NCBI GenBank assembly: GCA_963766075.1
Contig: CAVYAN010000113.1
Span: 1 to 64,000, forward strand
Reading direction: 5' to 3'
Length of the DNA stretch: 64,000 nt
Source of the DNA: an uncultured cyanobacterium
GTDB lineage: Bacteria > Cyanobacteriota > Cyanobacteriia > Leptolyngbyales > Leptolyngbyaceae
In this document: piece after piece, positions 32,920 through 43,847 of the stretch
Layout of the letters: each line of letters begins with the position of its first letter
Position numbering within the stretch: position 1 is the stretch's first letter
Notes under the pieces: model-generated
Seen by the model: the letters and a program-made list of their open reading frames with translations, nothing else
What the model was told of the DNA's origin: nothing
Database searches by the model: none
Program-made: the position numbers and the translations under genes

Positions 32920-35900
32920 GGATCCCTCGGGGGGGAGGCTAGGAGGATTTGGATCATCTGGGTCAGGGCGTGCAGCCGAACTGGCTTGGCAAGATATTCT
33001 GTGGCTCCGGCGTCCAGACATCTTTGCCGATCTCCCGCCATGGCCAGGGCCGTCAGGGCAATGATCGGCAGTTGAGATAGGTTTGGCCTTTGGCGAAGGA
33101 TTTGAATGGCGGCCAAACCATCCATTCCAGGCATTTGGATATCCATCAAAATCAAGTCCGGATGATGTGCTAGGGTCAAATCAATCGCCTCCTGACCGTT
33201 GTACGCCAGGATCACGCGATAGTTCTTGGCGATCAGATAGCTGGAAAGCGTCAGAATATTGGCTTCATTATCCTCGGCCAGAAGAATCAGGGGTGCCATC
33301 GCGATCGCGCCTACAGCCCCCACAGCCACGGTCGGCGCTAACGCCTCTGGACTGGAACCGGCCAATCGCCCCCACGAATCGGCGTTCCGGCAGGGGAGAT
33401 GCACGGTAAAGCAACTGCCCTGCCCCAGCGCACTTTGAAGACTGACAGAACCCCCATGGAGTTCCACAATTTTCTTGACCAACGCCAGTCCTAACCCTGT
33501 CCCTTCGTACTGGCGGCTCAGGCTGCTGTCGAGCTGGATAAAGGGCTGAAACAGCTTGGGCTGATCCGCAGCCGCAATGCCAATGCCGGTATCGGTGACG
33601 GAAAACAGAATCCAGGCGCTAGCATCCAGCCTTTCCTCTCTCCTGTCTCCGTCCTCCTGCTGCCTCACCGCCAAGGTCACGCTTCCCCCCGCTGGCGTAA
33701 ACTTAACCGCATTGCTCAATAAATTAATCAGCACCTGCCGCAGGCGGCGTTCGTCCACGGCAATCGTGTCCTGATCTAAGGTTAAGTGCGTTGTGAGCTG
33801 AATGTTTTTCTGGAGTGCCTGCTGTTTCACAAAGGCCAAGCTGGAGTGACACAACTGCTTGACCGACACAGGCTTGATGTCGAGTTCCAGTTTGCCCGCC
33901 TCAATTTTCGAGACTTCGAGAATGTCATTAATCAAAGCCAGCAGATGTTGACCACTGTGCTCAACTGTGGCGATCGCATGCTTCTGGCGTTCGTTAACAG
34001 GGCCATAGACGTTTTCCTGCAAGGCTTCTGACATGCCCAAGATGCTGTTGAGCGGCGTGCGCAGTTCATGGCTCATGTTAGCCAAAAATTCATCCTTCAG
34101 GCGGGTGGCCCGGATGAGTTCGGCGTTGGTGCGTTCCAGTCGCTGTTCGTATTCTTTGCGATCGCGGATATCCCGGGCAATGGTGGAGAAAAATTCCACC
34201 TCGCCTTGGGGTGATTTATGGGCCAGGATGAGTTGCGACAGGGGAATTTCTTGACCGGCTGCATCCAGCAAAGCGGTTTCACCCATCCAACTGCCCAGGG
34301 CGATCGCCGCGGGTAATCCCTGTTGCAGAATCAGTTCGGCGGCCCACTGCGGATGGTAATCGGTAATGCTGCGGTGTTGCAGGACAGCATCACGTTCTAA
34401 ACCACAGATCCGTTTGAGGGCCGCATTGTTCCAAATGATATTGCCGGTAGGGTCTGACATGCTGATGTAGTCCGTCGAGGCTTCCAGGACCGCCAGTAAT
34501 CGCTTTTGTTCTTGTTCCAAGCGTTTGCGCGCTGTAATATCCTGCGCCGCGCCGACAGTTTGCGTGACGCGCCCCTGAGCATCCCGCGCAAATACGGCAT
34601 CTCGACTGTGGAGCCAACGCCATTCGCCGTTAGCGTGGCGCATGCGATATTCAAATTCCAAAATTTCGCCATCCTGCGCCGCATTGATCTGAGCGTAGTA
34701 TCCCGGAAATTGGCTTAAATCATCCGGATGGAGCAGCGTGGGGAACATAGTGGACCCCATGGCTTGAATCTCGGCGGGCGTGTAGCCGAGAATGCTCCCA
34801 ATTTCCCGATTGACGTAGACATTGCGATTTTCTGACACGTCATAGAGGTAGAGAATATTGGGGGAGGCATCGGCAATTTGTTGAATGAAATACTGCCTGT
34901 CTTGCAACTGGGTATAGAGTGCTGATTGTTGAATCGCGATCGCCAGTTGCCCAGAAAGCTGCTGCAATAATTCAATTTCCCAGGCTTGCCAGAGAGCGCG
35001 GACCCGAACATTGATGGGCAATCAACAGCCCCCACAGCGTTTCATTCTGGACAATGGGTACGACCAGTTTGGCCCTCACCTGCAACCCTCGGAGAAAATC
35101 GACCAAGCAGGGTAAAACATCCCCGGTTTCGCAATCGTCTAAGGCGGCAATGTGTCCCTGCACATAGCGATCGTGGATTTCCAGAGGAAATATTTCTTCT
35201 GGATAAATTTGATCAAGAATCACCGGCCAACCGGGCGCAACCGATTCGGCAATGGGTTTGCCCGTGCCGTCTGCCAAGATTCGGTAAATCAAGACTCGGT
35301 CGGCCTGCAACACTTGGTGCACTTCAACAACGGTGGTGTTGAGGATATCTTGCAGGTTGAGCGAAGCGCGGATGTGTTGGGAAATCACGCTAATCAGCCG
35401 ATCGCAATTGGCCTGTTGCTGGAGGCGGATGTCGGCCCGCTTGCGATCGCTGATATCCGTCACCCGCACTAAGTTGACCGTGCGACCCGCTACGACAATG
35501 GATTTAGCCGCCAGATTGCCCCAAAAAACCTGTCCTTGAAGGGTGACGTATTCAACTTCGCGAGACCAAAACCCCTGGGTACGCATGTCTGCCTTAATTT
35601 CGGCCAGCTCCTGCTCCGAAAAGCGATGGCGTTGCAAGGTATGGCCTTCAATCCCCAGGAGATTGGCTTTGTCCTGGGCTTCAAAGAGTTGGAGCGCGCG
35701 CTGATTACAATCCACGGTCAGCAGGGTGTGCGGATCCACCAAAAATAATGCATCGGTCGATTCATTAAAAATTGCCTCGCGCAAATCCCGGCTGCGGATC
35801 AGCTCTTCTTCGACCTGTTTCAGATCGCTGATATCCGTCAAAATGCCCTGTTTGCCAATCACAACGCCTTCATCATCCAGAAGCGGGGTGGCGCTCACTC

Positions 35901-38462
35901 TCACCCAAATATAGTGGCCATCGCGGCGCAAATGGCGGAACTCCGGATAACTCTTTTGACGTAATTCCAGATCTTTTTGATAATCAAGCGTTACCCAGGG
36001 CAGATCGTCAGGATGCACAAGCTCCAGAAACGATTTACCGATCCAGTCCTGAGGCTCCCAACCAAACAGGGTCTGGAATTGTGGCGACAAGTAGGTGAAT
36101 CGGCCCTCGGCATCCTGTGCCCAAATAAAATCGCTCATCTCTTCCACCAATCGACGGAATTTCGCCTCGCTCTCGGCTAATGCAGCCTCCATACGTTTGC
36201 GATCGCTAATATCCGTCAAAATGCCCTGTTTGCCAATCACGACTCCTGCGGCATCAAGAATGGGTGTAGCGCCGCCTCTAACCCAAATATAGTGGCCATC
36301 GCGGTGCCGATGCCGGAACTCCGGATGGCTCTTCTTACCCGACTTTATATCCTGTCTGAAGCCCACCGTCATCCACGGCAGATCGTCTGGATGCACAACT
36401 TCGTGAAAGGATTTACCGATCCAGTCCTGAGGCTCCCAACCAAACAGGGTCTGGAATTGTGGCGACAAGTAGGTGAATCGGCCCTCAGTATCCTTTGCCC
36501 AAACCAAATCACTGCATCCTTCCACCAACCGGCGGAACTTCGCCTCGCTTTCGGCTAATGCAGCCTCCATGCGTTTGCGATCGCTAATATCCTTTTCAGA
36601 CCCGCTGATGCGAATCGCCTGCCCCGCTGCATTCCGCACGGCCTGGGCGCGATCCAAAACCCACATATAACTGCCATCCCGGCGCTGGGTGCGATATTCG
36701 ATTTCCAAGAACTCCGTTCGGCCCGCCAAGTGGTCATCAACAGCCGCCATGAGGCGATCGTAATCCTCGGGGTGGATCCGCTTTAAGCACTCCTCCGGCG
36801 AATCGCTAATTTCGGCATCCACGAAACCCCGCATTTGCTTCCACCGACTGGAGAAAAAGACCTTATTCGTTTGCAGATCCCAATCCCAAATGCCGTCGTT
36901 GGTGCCTCGTAAAACGAGTTGCCAGCGCTCTTCGCTGGTTTGCAGCGCCTCAGTTCGTTCCGCCACCCGCCGTTCCAGGTCTTGGTTTAATTGCCGCAGG
37001 GTTTGAGTGGCCTGTTCCCGCTCAATGGCAATCCCGGCAATATGTGCCGCTCGGGTGGCCACGGCCTGTTCTGGGGCATCGGGGGTATGTCGATCGCGGT
37101 GATACAGGGCAAAGGTCCCCAACACGCGCCCATCACTGGCCAAAACTCGGCATTGACCAACAGGCCCGCAGCCCATGCTCTAGGGCCAGGTCCTTAAAGT
37201 TCTGCCAGAAGGGATCGGTGGCAATATCGGAAACAATCACGGTTTCTCGGCGAAAGGCTGCCGTACCGCAGGAACCCACGCCTTCTGCGATCGCCATCCC
37301 ATTCATCGCCTGTAGATACCCATCGGGCAATTGGGGTGCCACCACGCTGTACAGGCGATCGCCCTCGCGCAGCATGACGGCACACAGCAGCCCCCGGCAG
37401 TTGTCCTTCCATAGCGTGCAGCAAATGCTCCAGAATTTCTGGCAGCGGCTCGGCCTTGGCAATGCGTTCTAGGATGGCCGCTTGGATGTCGAGGTGCAAT
37501 TCCGCTTGTTTGCGTTCCGCTTCCAGCCGCGCCCGTTCGCTAATATCCCGCACCACGACGAGCACTTCGTCTTCGTTGTAGGGAACCACCCGCACTTCTT
37601 CAATCTGGAGGCTGCCCTCAAGGGAGAGGTTTTGTTCGTAAATTTGGATCGTGTGGGTTTGCAGTGCCCGCTGGAGATAGGTCAAGCGCCGTTGGGCTAG
37701 CTCCGGGGGCAAACTTTCAGACACATGGGTTCCCACCAAATCAACCCTATTGCCCACGACGCGAAAGTTGGGCGTAGCCACAAATTCCAGGTAAATGCCC
37801 GCCCGATTGATGCGGGCAATCAAGTCTGGGAGAGCCGCAATTAAGGCCCGCTGATGGGCGAGGCTAGATTGGAGAGCCTGTTCCGTTTGTTTGCGTTCGG
37901 CTTCTAGGCGGGCCCGTTCGCGAATATCACGCACCAGCCAGCGTAACCCTGTGATCGTATCCGCACCGCTGCGGATCGGGGCTACGGTGACTTCAACGGG
38001 CAATGGATTGCCCCGCCGGGGTTGCAGCGTCATTTGCCAAGGGGGCTGCTGGGCGGGCTGCTGGGCGGGCTGCTGACTGGGCAGGGTTTGTTGATGCAGT
38101 TGCGTATAAAACGATGTCCGATCGGGTTGAGCTACGAAGAGAGCAAAGGGTTTGTCGATCAAAAAATCGGGGGTCACGGCCAGTTGCGCCGCGATCGCCA
38201 AATTGGCAGACTGCACAATGCCAGTCAATGTAGTCACCAGATAGCCATCTGGAGCGCAGTTGAATAAATCCTCGTACTTGAACCGTTCGCTTTCCAGTTG
38301 GCGGTTCTGCCGCCGCAATTCTTCTTCTGCAACCCGCAGTTCTTCCTCGGTAGTCTGCAACTCTTCCAGGGTTTGTTGCAGCGCCTGAACGGTTATTTCC
38401 TGTATTGCCGGCAGTTCATTTTCCCCAGGGACTGAGATTGGTTGCCGTTGTTCAGGGTCCAT
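32916..38462 (-). CDS. Large hybrid kinase: PAS-PAS-GAF-4xPAS-GAF(green/red CcaS/RcaE-type CBCR)-PAS-PAS-HisKA-HATPase-REC; frameshifts at ~37393, ~37148 and ~34996
   Basis: Four overlapping ORFs join into one continuous architecture. GAF 'PEEIFP..LPCLVDFL..RAKLVVPI..WGLLIAHQC'; '[10 protein letters not shown]'; REC 'LMDIQMP'. Confidence 0.82.
35823..36578 (-). repeat. Recent internal tandem duplication of a 378-bp PAS/PAC module
   Basis: Long identical stretches (e.g. 'GRFTYLSPQFQTLFGWEPQDWIGKSF') at 378-bp spacing. Confidence 0.9.
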
Positions 38463-38652
38463 TGCCAGCACTCCCGGGTCGCAAGTTTCCTACCCCAGCA
38501 TAGTGGCATCCCACTGAATCAGGCTCTTAAATAGACTTTAAAGATTTGTGCTTGGATGTACCTGTGCCTTTGTTTGCCAGTCTCTATTAACCCGGCAATG
38601 GTTGGTTATGCACCGGGTTTCGACTCCGCTCAACCCTCATCGACTCCGCTTA

Positions 38653-38846
38653 GGGACTTCCAAGGAAATAAACATCCCACGTCACGACTCAGCAATCGCG
38701 CTAGGTGGGCTGAAATGGCAAAGTCTGACCCACCCCGCCCTACGGGCACCCCTCCAAGGAGGGGAATTTCGGACCAAATCCCCTCCTTGGAGGGGCTAGG
38801 GGTGGGTCAAACTCTGCATCGGCACTATTTATTTCTTGGAAGTCCC
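38653..38846. mobile_element. MITE-like element with ~20-bp TIRs, TTA target duplication and a long internal palindrome
   Basis: TTA|GGGACTTCCAAGGAAATAAA ... TTTATTTCTTGGAAGTCCC|TTA. A second copy of the ends is at 53464..53605. Confidence 0.75.
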
Positions 38847-38891
38847 TTAGCTGGCTTCCCGTAGGGTAACCCCATCTCCTGGGATAATTTC

Positions 38892-38918
38892 GTGGGTTGA
38901 GCGTAGTCGAAACCCACG
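38892..38918. repeat. REP-like GGTTGAGCG(T/G/C)AGTCGAAACC repeat (further copies at 38615-38634 inverted and at 53523-53572)
   Basis: The same ~20-bp motif occurs four times in both orientations. Confidence 0.7.
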
Positions 38919-39087
38919 GAGCCTTCTATTCCTGGCAGGATGCCGCGTGCCATGCCCACCCAACACCTAAAAATAGAACCCTCCCTGATTTTGTTATGGC
39001 GTGTGCATTTGCAAACCGCACAGGGAACACTGGCATAGTCCCTAGTGCCTTCAAAGCGGCATCGGCAAAAATGCAGGTAGACCTCAT

Positions 39088-40899
39088 ATGGCTTCACATC
39101 TTCCTTGGGCGGCCCCATTTTTCACCTATAGTATCGTTCTCACAACGGGCCTATTGGCACAGACCATAACCCTCGCCCAACCTGTTCCCCCCACAGAACT
39201 GTCTCCCACAGTCTCATCGACGCTGCCAACCCCTGTCTTGCCGAAGCCCGCGCCCCTGAGTCCGCAGGGTGTGAGTCCACAGGGTGTCAGCACCCGCGAC
39301 AAGGCCGGAGACAAGGCCGGAGACACCACTGCGGCCATCCCGCAGTCCACGGGCGAGCTGTTACCCCCGCCACTGGTTCTGGATGACTCCACAGCGATAC
39401 CCCAGGATGTGAACGCCAAGTATCGCGTCGATCGCTTTAATGTCACGGGCAGCACCGTATTTACCCCCGCAGAGTTTGCGGCGGCCACAGCGGCCTTTAC
39501 GGGACGAGACTTGACCTTTGCAGAAGTATTACAAGCCCGTGCCGCCATTACGAAGCTTTACGCCGATAAAGGCTACATCACCACGGGCGCTGTCATCGCT
39601 CCCCAACCTGTGGAAAATGGCATTATGGCCATTCAGATTCTGGAAGGCAGTTTGGAAGATATCCAAATTACAGGCAACCGCCGGCTGAGTGCGAATTACA
39701 TTCGCGATCGCATCAAACAGGGAGCAGGCACACCACTCAACGTCCCCCGCCTGTTGGAAAATCTCCAGCTTTTGCGGTTGGACCCCCGTATCAACAATGT
39801 TGCAGCGGATTTGCAAGCGGGCGTGCGCCCCGGCACCAATCTACTGCAAGTGAATATTGTCGAAGCGGATACCTTCAGTTCCAGCTTTACGTTAGATAAC
39901 GGGCGATCGCCCAGTGTGGGCAGTTTCCGTCGCCGTGCCCAACTCACCGAAGCCAATCTGCTGGGTCGAGGCGACACGCTGAGCATCGGCTACGCCAATA
40001 CCGAAGGCAGCAACGGCATCGATATCAGCTACACGCTGCCGGTGAATGCCAAGGATGGCGCGGTGTGGTTTAGCTATAGCGGCAACTCAAGCAATGTGAT
40101 TGAGAAACCCTTTACAGCGCTGGATATCCAAGCCAAGTCGCATTCCTACGAGTTGGGTTTTCGGCAGCCCTTGCTCCACAAACCCACGCAGGAGCTGGCG
40201 GTGGGTTTGGTGTTTTCTCGACAAGAAAGTCAGACGGAATTAGGCATTGATAACATTGGGCCGTTTCCACTGTCCCCCGGTGCGGATGAGCAAGGCCGCA
40301 CTAAGGTATCGGCATTGCGATTTTTCCAGGAATATACGCAGCGCAGTGAAAAGCATGTGTTTGCCCTGCGATTGCAGTTCAGTCTGGGCTTGGACTTCCT
40401 AAATTCCAGCGTGAATAACGATGCCCCTGATAGCAAATTCTTTTCCTGGCGCGGACAGGGCCAGTGGTTGCGGCAGTTGGCCCCCGATTCCCTATTTTTG
40501 ATCAAGGGGGATGTGCAAATTTCCGGGGACTCTCTGGTACCGCTGGAGCAGTTTGGCTTGGGTGGCCAATTGTCGGTGCGGGGCTATCGGCAAGATGCCC
40601 TATTGAGTGATTCAGGAGCCTTACTGTCGGCGGAGTTTCGCTTACCGATTCTGCGGGCGAAAAAGCTCGGCGGGGTGCTGCAATTGACACCCTTTTTGGA
40701 CATTGGCACGGCGTGGAATGTGGATGGCAACAATCCCACGACCAATACGCTGGTTGGTACGGGGCTGGGGCTGCTATGGAAGCAGAGCAATTTCTCGGTG
40801 CGAGTAGACTGGGGGATTCCCCTGGTCAAGCTGGAGGGTGAGAAGCGATCGCTGCAAGATAACGGCATCTACTTCTCGGTGAACTACACGCCGTTTTAG
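39088..40899 (+). CDS. ShlB/FhaC/HecB (TpsB, Omp85 superfamily) secretion protein
   Basis: POTRA 'GSTVF..ITKLYADKGYITTGA', 'DNGRSPSVG', loop-6 'SVRGYRQD', terminal Phe. Confidence 0.92.
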   Translation: MASHLPWAAPFFTYSIVLTTGLLAQTITLAQPVPPTELSPTVSSTLPTPVLPKPAPLSPQGVSPQGVSTRDKAGDKAGDTTAAIPQSTGELLPPPLVLDDSTAIPQDVNAKYRVDRFNVTGSTVFTPAEFAAATAAFTGRDLTFAEVLQARAAITKLYADKGYITTGAVIAPQPVENGIMAIQILEGSLEDIQITGNRRLSANYIRDRIKQGAGTPLNVPRLLENLQLLRLDPRINNVAADLQAGVRPGTNLLQVNIVEADTFSSSFTLDNGRSPSVGSFRRRAQLTEANLLGRGDTLSIGYANTEGSNGIDISYTLPVNAKDGAVWFSYSGNSSNVIEKPFTALDIQAKSHSYELGFRQPLLHKPTQELAVGLVFSRQESQTELGIDNIGPFPLSPGADEQGRTKVSALRFFQEYTQRSEKHVFALRLQFSLGLDFLNSSVNNDAPDSKFFSWRGQGQWLRQLAPDSLFLIKGDVQISGDSLVPLEQFGLGGQLSVRGYRQDALLSDSGALLSAEFRLPILRAKKLGGVLQLTPFLDIGTAWNVDGNNPTTNTLVGTGLGLLWKQSNFSVRVDWGIPLVKLEGEKRSLQDNGIYFSVNYTPF

Positions 40900-41121
40900 G
40901 CTGGGGAAGTTTGGGGTCTACTGGAGTCGCAATCGCCGCCATCGATGGCAAAAAGAACCGGGTGAAAAGAAACATAGGGAGTTTGCAGAGACGGCGATGC
41001 ATGATGGCTACAACCCAGCGGAGCATGGCATGGGCAATTTTTGCAGGCAATTTTTGCAGGCAACTTTTGGAGGCGATTTTTAGGAGCGATTTTAGGGAAA
41101 TATAATCTGGGAACTACAACC

Positions 41122-41514
41122 ATGTCTCATGCTGCCATTCTCTGTGTTGATGATGAAGCGCCGATTTTAAAGGTGCTTAAGGAACAACTGAAACGCTTAT
41201 TCGGCAATCAATACGCCTATGAGGTGGCTCAAAGTGCTGAGGAAGCCTGGACTGTGATTGACGAGCTAGAGCAGGAAGAGGTTCAAATTCTGATCATCGT
41301 CTCGGATTGGCTCATGCCCAATGTCAGGGGTGATGAGTTTCTCGCACAGGTCCATCAGCGTTTTCCCGAAGTGGTCAATGTCATGCTGACTGGACAAGCA
41401 GATGAAGCCGCGATCAACCGCGCCAAAGAACACGCCAATCTCTATGCATGCATCTACAAACCCTGGACCGAACAAGAGCTGCAAACCATTATTTACAAGG
41501 CGTTGAATCGTTAA
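41122..41514 (+). CDS. Single-domain response regulator
   Basis: 'ILCVDDE', 'VSDWLMP', 'MLTGQAD', 'KPW'. Confidence 0.9.
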   Translation: MSHAAILCVDDEAPILKVLKEQLKRLFGNQYAYEVAQSAEEAWTVIDELEQEEVQILIIVSDWLMPNVRGDEFLAQVHQRFPEVVNVMLTGQADEAAINRAKEHANLYACIYKPWTEQELQTIIYKALNR

Positions 41515-41517
41515 ATC

Positions 41518-42863
41518 ATGCGATCGGCAATTATTTGTGTTGATGATGAATGGGACATTCTGAGAGGGTTGGGCACCCAACTCAAGCATCACTTTGGCAA
41601 AGAGTATGACATCGAATTGGTGAGTAGTGGTGAAGATGCGCTTTTGCTGTGTGTAGAGCTGACAAACGAGGGGAAAGATATACCGCTCATTATTTCTGAT
41701 CAAAAGCTGCGAGGCATGGCTGGGGATGCCTTGTTGATTCAACTCCATGCCCTGTATCCCAAAACCCTAAAGATTATGTTAACCGGGCAAGCCGATGCCA
41801 AGTCGGTCGGCAATGTGGCAAATGCGGCAGCGCTGTATCGATATATTCCCAAACCCTGGGATGAAACCGACTTGATTTTAACGGTGTCGGAGGCGTTGCG
41901 GCGCTTTCAGCAAGATCGGCAACTGGCGGAGCAAAACGAGTTGCTCCGGAAAACCAATGCGAAGCTGAAAAGTTCTTTGTCGTTGTTATTAGCAACCTTG
42001 GAAGCCACGGCGGATGGCATTCTTGTCCTGGACAATTTTGGCAAAGTCGTCACGTTTAATCAAAAGTTTGCCGGGATTTGGAATCTGCTCCACGCCGAGT
42101 CAACGTTCTATGAAGATGACCTATTTTCTGTGATCGTAGAGCGCTTAATTGAGTCAGATGCCGCTAACTTTCAAGAATTATTCACCCAGATCAACACGGA
42201 GAAGCACGGTTTTCTAAGGTTAAAAAGCGGCAACATTATTGAGTATTATCTCCAACCTCAACAGCTTACCGGTAAAATTGTCGGTCGAGTTTGGAGTTTT
42301 CGAGATGTCACGCAGAAAAAAACAAACCGAAAGAGCTATCAAGCATCAAGCATGGCATGACACCCTCACCAATCTCCCGAACCGGAACTTATTTAATCAA
42401 AAACTGGCTACGGCGCTGAGTGAGGCGGAACAGGAGGTAAAGCTCAGCGCCGTGATGTTTTTGGATCTGGATCGGTTTAAGGAGGTCAACGATACGTTAG
42501 GTCATGCGGTCGGCGATCTTTTATTACAGAGCGTTGTCCAGCGTTTTGTGAGTTGTCTCAGGCAGACCGACGTTCTGGCGCGGTGGGGCGGGGATGAGTT
42601 TGCTGCTTCTCCTGCCTCACATTAGCCATCAAGATGATGCCAGTGAGATTGCTCGCAGGCTCATTGAAGTGCTGCAACCGCCATTTTTCCTGGACGGCTA
42701 TTGTCTGCATGTAACGACCAGTGTTGGTATTGCCGTGTATCCGCATCACGGCCTAGACGATAGCGCCTTGCTGCAAAATGCCGATGCCGCCCTCTACCAA
42801 GCCAAAAAATCCGGACGCAATAACTATCAGCACTATTCGGTCAATGCGATCGCCTCCCATTGA
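41518..42863 (+). CDS. REC-PAS-GGDEF diguanylate cyclase; frameshifts at ~42320 (A7 run) and ~42602
   Basis: REC 'ICVDDE..ISDQKL', PAS 'TLEATADGILVLD', 'HDTLTNLPNR', 'RWGGDEF', 'ADAALYQAKKSGRN' across three frames. Confidence 0.85.
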
Positions 42864-42954
42864 AACCCCTGACTCTGCCCCTGAGCCAGGGGCGTATAGC
42901 GTCGGCATAGGTACTTGCCGACGCTGGATGCGCTGAGCCGTCTGTCAGCCCAAA

Positions 42955-43465
42955 TTACTCTGGGCTTAAGGGCTTGATCATGCAGAGGGCCTGGGTCAAA
43001 AATCCCAGACTTTGGTAAAGCCCGATCGCCAGTCTGATTGGATTGAAAGACCTGCAACCCGATTTGGCGATCGCCCCGAGCTATGGCCCAAGCTTCTGCT
43101 TGCTGCATCAGCGCACGACCAATCCCCAAACGGCGATGATCCGGCGCAACGTAAAGCATAAAAATGTGGGCATGGCGATCGCCGACGATTTGATCCACGG
43201 CATTGCCCATCCAGAGGCCCGCAATGGGTGCCGCAGTTGGGCGATGACGTACCAACGGCAAACCACCGTCTGCCATAGAAAGCCAATCAACCCACCACAG
43301 TGGTGTCGTCGTTGAAAAGTATTGATCAACTGTTTGGGCTAAATGGGTGCCAGGTTGGGCCGCATCCATTTCAGCGTAGGTGCGCTGCATGAACTTAACC
43401 AGCAGCGATCGATCCAGGATCGAGCCAGCGCGTAGCCTGTAGCTCACGGGCAGAGACACCATCAT
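42955..43465 (-). CDS. GNAT acetyltransferase; +1 frameshift at ~43030
   Basis: 'LYVAPDHRRLGIG', 'QIGLQVFQSNQ'. The corrected end 'AIGLYQSLGF..MIKPL' stops at 42955. Confidence 0.82.
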
Positions 43466-43512
43466 GGGCAGAGACCCAGGGGCAAAGACACCATGGAGCG
43501 CACCGTCGTTGG

Positions 43513-43752
43513 TTAAAGCCGCTCGGACAGGGATGACTCATTCGGCAAGCCCTTGACCAAGGTCGATAAGGAGGGCGGCAATCCCGCCAAGGACTCGGAC
43601 CGTGTTCCCCCCGGCACTGCACCGACCTCTTCAATCGGGGCAGGGGCCGCCATATCCGAGGGCAGAAAAATCCGGGAACTGACCGCCACTAGGGCAAACA
43701 GAAAGGTTAGGACAATTAATAGAGGAGCAATATATTGCCGAAAAATCGCCAT
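43513..43752 (-). CDS. Small conserved cyanobacterial membrane protein
   Basis: 'FRQYIAPLLIVLTFLFALVAVSSRIFLPSDMAAPAP', single TM. Confidence 0.75.
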   Translation of the reverse strand: MAIFRQYIAPLLIVLTFLFALVAVSSRIFLPSDMAAPAPIEEVGAVPGGTRSESLAGLPPSLSTLVKGLPNESSLSERL

Positions 43753-43847
43753 AGGACGGTAAATAGTTTATTCAGTTAGCGAAATTTTTCTGAGACACCG
43801 CTCAAGATTTATTAAGCGCTCTCATTTACCATCGTATCGCGAATTTC

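Noticed and set aside
32165..33064. Long antisense ORFs (also 1921..2502, 11850..12635, 30348..31115, 49956..50531)
   Set aside because: They shadow well-supported genes on the opposite strand and have no recognisable motifs.
42316..42322. Programmed ribosomal frameshift at the A7 run
   Set aside because: One of many similar indels; no stimulatory structure seen, and a second unrelated indel follows in the same gene.
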